From positions 5,684 to 69,683 of the IMG/VR virus record IMGVR_UViG_3300002026_000019: a stretch of DNA of 64,000 nucleotides, one strand, 5' to 3'. Within the stretch, counting starts at the first letter, position 1; every line of letters begins with the position of its first letter. Of this stretch, positions 26,981-33,994 are shown piece by piece. The translations under genes and the position numbers were made by a program. The notes beneath the pieces were generated by a model. That model was not told the origin of the DNA. It saw nothing but the letters and a program-made list of their open reading frames with translations, and ran no database searches. The DNA comes from a virus (taxonomy: Duplodnaviria; Caudoviricetes).

Positions 26981-28141
26981 CTATTTCTTGCGAAGCACTA
27001 TGCTGAACCGTGCTTCTTCCTCACCAGCCGGTCGTGCATAGGTGCTGAGAATGTAACCGCTGTTTTCAAAAACGTGTTGAACGCCTTTTGCGGTGCGCGG
27101 CATATGACCCGGTGCATTGGACTTCCTGAATTGCAGTTCGTGATACTTGTCCAGATATTCAAGTAGCCTATTCACTTCAATAGGTTGACCACCGCGTTTG
27201 CGCCATTGATACATTTCATCTGTCAACGTCACGCCGTCGCCGCCGGGGAGTTTCAACGCCGCTGCAACTTGTCGCAACGTCCGTTGCTCAGTGGTCAAAG
27301 GCTTCTTGATGACGATTTTTGCACGTGGTGCACGCGGTGGCTTTGGTGCAACTTTCGGTGCAGGTACCGGAAGATTCAACTTCGGTGCTTTCGTACCGTG
27401 TTTGACGATCTTGATCTTTGTCGCCGGTGCAGCCTGTTCATCAGCAGCAGGTTCGGGTTCTGAGACTGGGTTTGCGATAGGCTTTTCCTGAAGTGCTGCC
27501 TGACGTTGTTCTTCAGCAAGTCTCTTCGTCTCTTCGCGCTTGAGACGTTCTTCGCGGGAAATTGGCTTGCCGACTTTCTTGTCGCGTTGTTTAATTGCCT
27601 CTGCGACAAACTTCTCAAGTCGCGGTATCAGTTGGTCGCTATACTTGAGAACAACACTTCCGAAATCAACTTCAGCGGGGTCAGCAGAGTAAGCGTAGGC
27701 TTTCACGCCTTCAGGTTGGTAGTAGACGCTGATCTTCATCGCCTCATCGACCGACGTCAGAATCCAAGAAGGAAGTGCACCGCGTGGAACCTCACGTTGT
27801 TCAAACCCGTTCTTTTCCGCCCAAGCGTTTACCAGATTCAACGCTTTCTTCTTGAAGACAGCATGCTTCAAGCTTTCAGGTGTCTTTCCGGCAAGTTCTT
27901 CAACCAACACACGTTTGATCGACTTCTTGAACAGCTTGTTACCGGTTTCAACCTTGATGAAGATGCAGTCTGTGTCGTTCAGAACCATCGTCTCGCCATA
28001 GTCGAACTGAATCTTGTATTTTGTCGGCGCAGTCTTCAGGACGGTGCCAACTGCCCAATCATCTTTGGTTCGATCAAACTCGGCAGCGATGCGGTCACCA
28101 ACAGCAAACCGTCCAGCAGACATGCTAATGTTTATTCTCAT
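26981..28141 (-). CDS. Leader-bearing protein with N-terminal Tudor/KOW-like domain and Pro/Lys-rich linker
   Basis: MRINISMSAGRFAVGDRIAAEF...WAVGTV...KYKIQFDYG; start reassigned to MRINIS. Confidence 0.75.
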   Translation of the reverse strand: MRINISMSAGRFAVGDRIAAEFDRTKDDWAVGTVLKTAPTKYKIQFDYGETMVLNDTDCIFIKVETGNKLFKKSIKRVLVEELAGKTPESLKHAVFKKKALNLVNAWAEKNGFEQREVPRGALPSWILTSVDEAMKISVYYQPEGVKAYAYSADPAEVDFGSVVLKYSDQLIPRLEKFVAEAIKQRDKKVGKPISREERLKREETKRLAEEQRQAALQEKPIANPVSEPEPAADEQAAPATKIKIVKHGTKAPKLNLPVPAPKVAPKPPRAPRAKIVIKKPLTTEQRTLRQVAAALKLPGGDGVTLTDEMYQWRKRGGQPIEVNRLLEYLDKYHELQFRKSNAPGHMPRTAKGVQHVFENSGYILSTYARPAGEEEARFSIVLRKK

Positions 28142-28200
28142 TTTCGACTCACGATGAAGATTGTTAATGAAGGACGTCAATCTCGGACAACGTACTTACT

Positions 28201-28797
28201 TTACAGTTTTTTGCTCTTTGCACGGATGAGTGCATGACGCTCTTTGCGAATCATCTTGCGAATGATGCCACGACGCTTCTCAAGAATGTCACGTTGCTTT
28301 TGCACTTCTTCACCGTCATGGCCTGACAGTTCCTTGCGACGCAAAGCCACTTTACCAAGCTCTTTGCGCAGGGCCAGAAGACGTGGACTCGGTTCAATGA
28401 CGTGATGTTGGCGTGCTTTCTTTGCGACCGTCGATGCACCGTCATGCGCAACTTTTGCAGACTTTGTCGACTTCTTGATCGCTGACTCCATTGGCTTGCC
28501 CAACAGCTTTGCACGTTGGCGACGATTGACCAGAAGGTATTTGCCGGTCTTTGGACCACGCATGATCCAATGCGTAATCGGCTGTCCTTTACCTTTGTGG
28601 TAGCGACCGAAACCTGCCGACACCAACTTCAACGCTTTGAGCTTTTCGTCAGCAGCGTCACGCGACTTCTTCAACGCCGCCGGGCTAATCTTCTTGTCCA
28701 ACGCTGCGTTATTCTTCTTGGACAATTTCTTGATGACTGGAAGCTTGCTCTTGATGCTTGCTGTCAGCTTCTTTGACAGGCTGATAAACGTTTTCAT
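28201..28797 (-). CDS. Very basic leader-bearing protein (MKTFISLSK)
   Basis: Lys/Arg-rich throughout. Confidence 0.8.
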   Translation of the reverse strand: MKTFISLSKKLTASIKSKLPVIKKLSKKNNAALDKKISPAALKKSRDAADEKLKALKLVSAGFGRYHKGKGQPITHWIMRGPKTGKYLLVNRRQRAKLLGKPMESAIKKSTKSAKVAHDGASTVAKKARQHHVIEPSPRLLALRKELGKVALRRKELSGHDGEEVQKQRDILEKRRGIIRKMIRKERHALIRAKSKKL

Positions 28798-29066
28798 TTC
28801 TTTTCCTCAACGAGTTTCACATCACGAATGAAGTCTGCACCGTCGCCGTCGATGAATATCTTAATTGCACGTTCTTCATCGGACGATGCGTCAGTGATGC
28901 CAATTGAACGTGAGCTACCTCCACCGGCAAATTTGGCAAGGTCTGAAAGGAACGTAACAAGGCGTTCAGCAAAACCATCACCAGTAGATGCAAGCAGTTC
29001 AATCTTGACAGCACGGCCGTCTTTAAGCATGTCTTCAACGTTTGGGCTACTGATGCTGATTTTCAT
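28794..29066 (-). CDS. Leader-bearing hypothetical protein (MKISISS)
   Basis: GGAG RBS; overlaps the next gene. Confidence 0.75.
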   Translation of the reverse strand: MKISISSPNVEDMLKDGRAVKIELLASTGDGFAERLVTFLSDLAKFAGGGSSRSIGITDASSDEERAIKIFIDGDGADFIRDVKLVEEKK

Positions 29067-29077
29067 TTCAGTCTCCG

Positions 29078-29439
29078 TTACTCTTCAACCTTCAAGGCTT
29101 GAGCTTTTGCATAATCGGCCAAGAAGGTGACGACCATGACATTCTTCTTTAGAGAAACAAGTTTCAAACCGTACGAAATCTTACCGTTTGGAATGAGTCC
29201 GGCTTCACGTGCAAGAAACTTCTCAACGTTTGCGAGCTTCTTGACGACAACGCCGCCAACAAACGTCATCTTGACTTCAGCCGTGCAGACACCGCCAACA
29301 GGCTTCCCCTGCACTGGGCTACCTTTTTGTCAAGGAACTTGACGCTTTCAACACGTGCATGGAATGACCTGTTCATCTCGTAGGAAACTGAGGCAACTCC
29401 GTCTTCTTTATTCGACAGGCTGATGATAGTTCGTGGCAT
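29078..29439 (-). CDS. Leader-bearing gene split by a -1 frame change at C-AAA-AAG
   Basis: MPRTIISLSN...KFLDKK in frame 0 (stop at 29266), continuing GSPVQGKPVGG...KVEE in the -1 frame. Confidence 0.55.
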
Positions 29440-29488
29440 TTCAGTTACTCCAAGTATTTGTGTGTAGCGGACGTGTTTACTCTTCGAC

Positions 29489-29704
29489 TTACGCTCTTGG
29501 GTCCTTCGTGTTTTTCATGACGTATTCTTTATGGCGCTTTAGCAGACCGGCAGCAAGCTTCAGATCGCCTTTTTTCAACGCGTCGGTTGCCATTCGGCAG
29601 TCGTTGACCATATTTGCGCCCAAGCTGTTTGTCCTTGCGCAAAGTTCGTCAAGTTTGTCTTTTTTCGTCAGATGTTGCAGATACGGACATGTCCGTATCT
29701 GCAA
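29489..29704 (-). CDS. Hypothetical protein
   Basis: 71-aa ORF filling the gap. Confidence 0.5.
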   Translation of the reverse strand: MQIRTCPYLQHLTKKDKLDELCARTNSLGANMVNDCRMATDALKKGDLKLAAGLLKRHKEYVMKNTKDPRA

Positions 29705-29717
29705 CGGTTTTCATTTT

Positions 29718-30473
29718 TTATTTCTCCAGTTTCACAACTTTATCAAGCTGCTTGAGCAGTTTGCTCAATGTCAACCGAGCATGGGCGTTGACATGGCGTT
29801 CAGAGTTCGGGTACTTACTCAGTAGAAGCTTGCGCGTTTTCATCACCCCGTTAAACGCGACAGCGAGAGGTTCCGATGCTTTCTTGTACGCCTGAAGAAT
29901 CCCCATCAAGTCTTTTGCGTGAGCGTCAGCCTTCTCAACCACTGTCTTTGAAGTTGGAAGGAATCTAAATGCCGTGCCTTTTGACGAGTGAAGAGGCATA
30001 GGTGCTGAAAAATGCGTCTCAAGCTCTTTTAGGGAGAATTTCTTTTCCCCACCGCGCTTGAACGTTATCGTGGCAGACTTTATGGAGCCGTCTTCTGACT
30101 GTTCCACATCGGTGACCCGACCATGATCCACCAGCTTGGTGCCAGCGTACTTTGGATTTTCTGAGAGAGGTTTTATAGAAACACTCGTGATACGTGCACC
30201 AAGAACAAGCTTCTCTTGAAGTTGGTCTGAGCTTACAGATAGGCGGTCTGTTGAAGTTGACTTCTTAATGTGGGCGTCAACAAGGTCAAACACTTTTTTA
30301 TGTTGAGCACGTTTGACGTCTTTCGGTGCGCCGAAAGCATCGTGCTTTTTCTTCAGAATTGCCCCAAGTTCTTTCTTAGCGTTTGCCAGCTTGGTTTCTA
30401 GACCTGCAACTGCCATTTGCTTAGTCACTTCAGGGGGATACTTTGGAGCAGACAGGCTAACAACTGTTTTCAT
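29718..30473 (-). CDS. Leader-bearing basic protein (MKTVVSLSA)
   Basis: GGAG RBS; strict leader. Confidence 0.8.
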   Translation of the reverse strand: MKTVVSLSAPKYPPEVTKQMAVAGLETKLANAKKELGAILKKKHDAFGAPKDVKRAQHKKVFDLVDAHIKKSTSTDRLSVSSDQLQEKLVLGARITSVSIKPLSENPKYAGTKLVDHGRVTDVEQSEDGSIKSATITFKRGGEKKFSLKELETHFSAPMPLHSSKGTAFRFLPTSKTVVEKADAHAKDLMGILQAYKKASEPLAVAFNGVMKTRKLLLSKYPNSERHVNAHARLTLSKLLKQLDKVVKLEK

Positions 30474-30504
30474 TTTGTTACTCCGAACGGTAGAACGACA
30501 GAAA

Positions 30505-30522
30505 GGGGAACCGAAGTTCCCC
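30505..30522 (-). terminator. Intrinsic terminator with C(UUCG)G tetraloop
   Basis: GGGGAAC-TTCG-GTTCCCC-TTTCT on the minus strand. Confidence 0.7.
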
Positions 30523-30530
30523 GAAACAAA

Positions 30531-31409
30531 TTACATGAATGAGTGTGCGCGAACGCGCTTGGCGAATTCAGCGTAGTAACCGGCATCGCGTGCAAACACC
30601 TTCTTGTAATAGTCAAGCAGCGTCGAGACGTTGACCACGCCACGTGATGTGGACACAGCAACATCCATCTGCTCTTGTTCGCTCATTGCAGTTTCAGGCA
30701 TGTCCTTGGTGTCGAAGTCTTTGGTGACGGCTTCGCGCTGAACAACTTCACCTTCGCTGTCGGCAGGTGCATCTTGCGGCAGAACCAGAAGCTTGTTGTC
30801 TTCGACGCTGGCAACCACAAAGCCGAAACACGCTTCACCGCTCGTGCTAGAAACGTATTGAATGTACGAACCACCGCCGACTTGTTGTTGCATATCCGAC
30901 AACTGGGTCGTGCTCTTCTTGAATTCGCTTGACAGTGAATAGCCGCTGGAACATGCAACGTCCAGAAGATGACGCAGCGATTCGTGATCTTCGATACCGG
31001 TGTTCTTAACCAGTAGATCACCAGCTTCGGTCTTGCGCAAAACCCACATCTTGTCTTCGTCGTCCATGAAGATGTTTGACGAAACACTGCGGAAGCCCTT
31101 GGCAGCGGCCAGCGGAACTGATTCGGTGTTGACGCGCACGATACCTTCGATGCGCTCAGTGTAAGGTGCTTTGTCAACGGACATGAACGAGCACGAAACC
31201 GGCATCAGCTTGTTCTCGAACAGTTGTGACATCGACTCGGAAATCAGCGAATGGTCTTCGCGGCTGTGTTGGTTGTGCGACACGTCGATAACGACGCGTG
31301 CAAGACCTTCACCGGCAAGAGCGTAACCGAGAAGTTTGATGGTCGGGTTCTTGGCGGCTGCATGCTTTTGAACGACGGATGAAACGGATGCTTGTTGACG
31401 ACGTGACAT
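30531..31409 (-). CDS. Hypothetical protein, possibly virion structural
   Basis: AGGAG RBS, own terminator and strongly biased codon usage; the function is a guess. Confidence 0.75.
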   Translation of the reverse strand: MSRRQQASVSSVVQKHAAAKNPTIKLLGYALAGEGLARVVIDVSHNQHSREDHSLISESMSQLFENKLMPVSCSFMSVDKAPYTERIEGIVRVNTESVPLAAAKGFRSVSSNIFMDDEDKMWVLRKTEAGDLLVKNTGIEDHESLRHLLDVACSSGYSLSSEFKKSTTQLSDMQQQVGGGSYIQYVSSTSGEACFGFVVASVEDNKLLVLPQDAPADSEGEVVQREAVTKDFDTKDMPETAMSEQEQMDVAVSTSRGVVNVSTLLDYYKKVFARDAGYYAEFAKRVRAHSFM

Positions 31410-31487
31410 GGTGATGCTCCTAAGTTTGCTGTGCTCGGCGCTTCAGACCTGACATCAGCTTTGGTTTTACTACGGGTGAAACTTGAA

Positions 31488-31925
31488 TTACTTAACGTAC
31501 AGAGGTTGGTACTTCTTACCAGCCGGTGTGAAGTGAAGCATGAAACCTTTGATAGGGTGTCCGAGAGCGTCCGAGGAATTCCAGAACGCAACCAACGTTT
31601 TCTTTTCACCGTTGAGTGCATACACTCTACCACGCGGCGAAGCGAACTGAGCAGCCTTAGTGATCGTATTAGGGTTGCCTTCGCGACCGTCCTGTTTGAT
31701 GCCCATGAATTTGATCTTGTGGTTCTTAACCACTGTCGCGGCCCGGAGCTTCTCTGCGTCGGCCTTGGTCTTGGCAACACGTGCAGCTTCCTTGTCAATG
31801 ACGCTTTGCGCCGTGTCCATCTGCTTCTGCAAAGCTTTGATTTGTGACGCGCAATCGGCAACAACTTTCTTCGCGGCAGCGACCGGGTCTTTCGCAACTG
31901 CTGACAAGCTAACAACTGTTTTCAT
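31488..31925 (-). CDS. Leader-bearing basic protein (MKTVVSLSA)
   Basis: AGGAG RBS; strict leader. Confidence 0.8.
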   Translation of the reverse strand: MKTVVSLSAVAKDPVAAAKKVVADCASQIKALQKQMDTAQSVIDKEAARVAKTKADAEKLRAATVVKNHKIKFMGIKQDGREGNPNTITKAAQFASPRGRVYALNGEKKTLVAFWNSSDALGHPIKGFMLHFTPAGKKYQPLYVK

Positions 31926-31955
31926 TTGAATCTCCTAAGCTGTTTGTGGTTATTC

Positions 31956-32375
31956 TTACTTAACGTAAGCTTGACCAAACTTCGTGATCGTCACACTTGG
32001 AGACGGCTTGTCAACACCAGTCTTCTGAGCCTTATAAGCCACAACCCTCTCACCATCGCTCATAACAGCTTTCAGTACGATACGCTGACCGTTTGCCCAC
32101 GACACCTTCTTCAACGCCGCAAGACCTTCACTAAAGGTCTTGAAAGGCACGTCTGCTTTCCGAGGCTTGGAAAGCATAAACGTCGTCTTGCCGCGAGTCT
32201 TGACCGTTTCCACATTGGTTGCAGACTGCTTAGACTTTTTCTCAGCTAAGAGGAAAGCCTTTGCTTCTTCCATCATTGCTGTCTGCTCTTGAATAACTTC
32301 GGTTGCGTGTTTGATAATTGCATTGGCTTTGACGGTCGTCATCTTAACTGCGGATATACTGATAAGTGTTTTCAT
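31956..32375 (-). CDS. Leader-bearing basic protein (MKTLISISA)
   Basis: Start set at MKTLIS. Confidence 0.8.
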   Translation of the reverse strand: MKTLISISAVKMTTVKANAIIKHATEVIQEQTAMMEEAKAFLLAEKKSKQSATNVETVKTRGKTTFMLSKPRKADVPFKTFSEGLAALKKVSWANGQRIVLKAVMSDGERVVAYKAQKTGVDKPSPSVTITKFGQAYVK

Positions 32376-32392
32376 TTTGCCCACAACCTTTC

Positions 32393-32737
32393 TTATAGGT
32401 GTCTTCTGAGTGGCTTGTTAGGTTTCGCAGCTTCGTCAAGCTTACCGATGGTTGATTTGATCTTCTGCGCGACGTCTCGATGTATGCCACCGTTAATCAA
32501 CGTCTTGACCGCTTTAGGACTGTGGTCGTGCGTTCCGTTTGCAGAGTCTTCGATGTGTTGCTGTACGGTCTTTCCAGTTGCAGATTTCTGCATAACTGTG
32601 CCAGTGGCCATCTTGATGATTTCGACTTTGTCTGTCGCTTTGAATTTACTGTTCGGGTGAAGCTTCAGGTAACTGAGCTTTGCCTTTTTGGAAAGGTCTG
32701 CAAACCAACCACTGTGACTTTTAAGAACAATCTTCAT
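32393..32737 (-). CDS. Basic protein with WF..L....YL..HP.SKF domain
   Basis: MKIVLKSHSGWFADLSKKAKLSYLKLHPNSKF; same domain as the 33272 gene. Confidence 0.75.
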   Translation of the reverse strand: MKIVLKSHSGWFADLSKKAKLSYLKLHPNSKFKATDKVEIIKMATGTVMQKSATGKTVQQHIEDSANGTHDHSPKAVKTLINGGIHRDVAQKIKSTIGKLDEAAKPNKPLRRHL

Positions 32738-32746
32738 TTGAACCCC

Positions 32747-33121
32747 CTAAACGGTTTGAGGTTGGGCGGTGCGCCATTCGTATTTCAAAAACTCGTCCTT
32801 GACGTGTATGTGCCACTCACCGTCAATGAACAGGTAGAAGTGCTTGTGCTTGTAGTTTTCCAGAAGTTCGTTCTGGCTTGCTACCGTGGTCGGGGCCACG
32901 ACTTTTGCATCCACTCCCCTGTCAGTGAAGTATATCACACTTTCGGGGTCCGTGTCAAGCATGAACAAATTCCCACGTTGCACCAGACGGTCAACCTTTT
33001 CAATGGAGTCATAGTGCTGCGCGAGAAGGGTAGCAGTTTTACCAGACCCGTTATCACAGTGACAGTAAACAACTTTGAAGGTGCCGTCAGGTAGTTTCAA
33101 TCCAATCGTTGCAGTAGACAT
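32747..33121 (-). CDS. Hypothetical phage protein (MST..IG...VYCH.D motif)
   Basis: Resembles a recurrent phage family with IYCHxDG...LLxxHY; lacks the leader. Confidence 0.7.
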   Translation of the reverse strand: MSTATIGLKLPDGTFKVVYCHCDNGSGKTATLLAQHYDSIEKVDRLVQRGNLFMLDTDPESVIYFTDRGVDAKVVAPTTVASQNELLENYKHKHFYLFIDGEWHIHVKDEFLKYEWRTAQPQTV

Positions 33122-33168
33122 GATTATTTTCTGTAGAGAATGTTTACTTCTTGTGTCGTTGGGTTGAA

Positions 33169-33270
33169 CTACAGAGGTACTGCGGGAAAACTTATCGACT
33201 GCTGCGTACTGCAGGCTTCTTGATGCGGTTGGCCACTGGCTTTAGCGGATACACTAATAATGGTTTTCAT
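33169..33270 (-). CDS. 33-aa mini-ORF consisting mostly of the leader (MKTIISVSAK)
   Basis: ATG follows the stop of the 33272 gene (TAA-A-ATG); not in the ORF track. Confidence 0.5.
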   Translation of the reverse strand: MKTIISVSAKASGQPHQEACSTQQSISFPAVPL

Positions 33271-33271
33271 T

Positions 33272-33784
33272 TTACTTCCTATTGATAAAAGATACTTCAA
33301 ACGCAGCCTCATCATTGCCGCGAAATTTAACCTTTGAAGGCCTTGTGGAAATATCTACTTTATCACCTGTTTTCTTATTTTCCCACATACCGATTGCGTT
33401 ATTTTTTCTAAAGCCTTGCTTTTCCAAGTCAGTTTGGAAGGCTTTCATGTCCTTTACGTGCACGTCTGCATAGTGTGATTCATGGCCGGCAAACTCAAGT
33501 CCAAGGTTGTCAACAATATCACCACGGGAACGTTTAAACTCGCCGGTCAAAGTGTGTTTTGCCAAGTCGTCGCGCAACGCAGGGCCGCTTTTAGCAGCTA
33601 TCTTTTTCACCAGTGGCTTGGCAACCTTCTTCACTGTCTTGGTAGCGGGTTTGGCAACTGTCTTGACAGTCTTCTTACCGAATTTGCTTTTTGGATGGTC
33701 AGTCAAATACTGCATCTTGTCACGCTTCGGCAATTTATCAAACCAAGCTTGTGTTCTACCTGACAGGCTAATTAAGACTTTCAT
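33272..33784 (-). CDS. Leader-bearing basic protein (MKVLISLSG) with WF...HP.SKF domain
   Basis: AWFDKLPKRDKMQYLTDHPKSKFGKK. Confidence 0.8.
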   Translation of the reverse strand: MKVLISLSGRTQAWFDKLPKRDKMQYLTDHPKSKFGKKTVKTVAKPATKTVKKVAKPLVKKIAAKSGPALRDDLAKHTLTGEFKRSRGDIVDNLGLEFAGHESHYADVHVKDMKAFQTDLEKQGFRKNNAIGMWENKKTGDKVDISTRPSKVKFRGNDEAAFEVSFINRK

Positions 33785-33951
33785 GTTTTGACTCCAGATT
33801 GTTTGTCACGGTTTGTTTTATAAATGCCGTATGCACCAAATGCAGCACAGGCGAAACCAACAAGTTTAACAAACCAGTCAATAAACTTGTCAGTCAGGTC
33901 AATCCAATCGCGTTCAGGCTTTGCCTTTGCCCTAGAAGCTGCTGCGTCCAT
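33781..33951 (-). CDS. 56-aa single-pass membrane protein
   Basis: MDAAASRAKAKPERDWIDLTDKFIDWFVKLVGFACAAFGAYGIYKTNRDKQSGVKT; AGGTGG RBS; ATGA overlap with the next gene. Confidence 0.55.
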   Translation of the reverse strand: MDAAASRAKAKPERDWIDLTDKFIDWFVKLVGFACAAFGAYGIYKTNRDKQSGVKT

Positions 33952-33994
33952 AGTCCACCTGCTATTTAATCACAGCGTGTAAATTATTAAGTCG

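Noticed and set aside
33781-33951. Small membrane protein as a holin
   Set aside because: It has a single TM and no adjacent endolysin or spanin, so there is nothing specific to support a lysis role.
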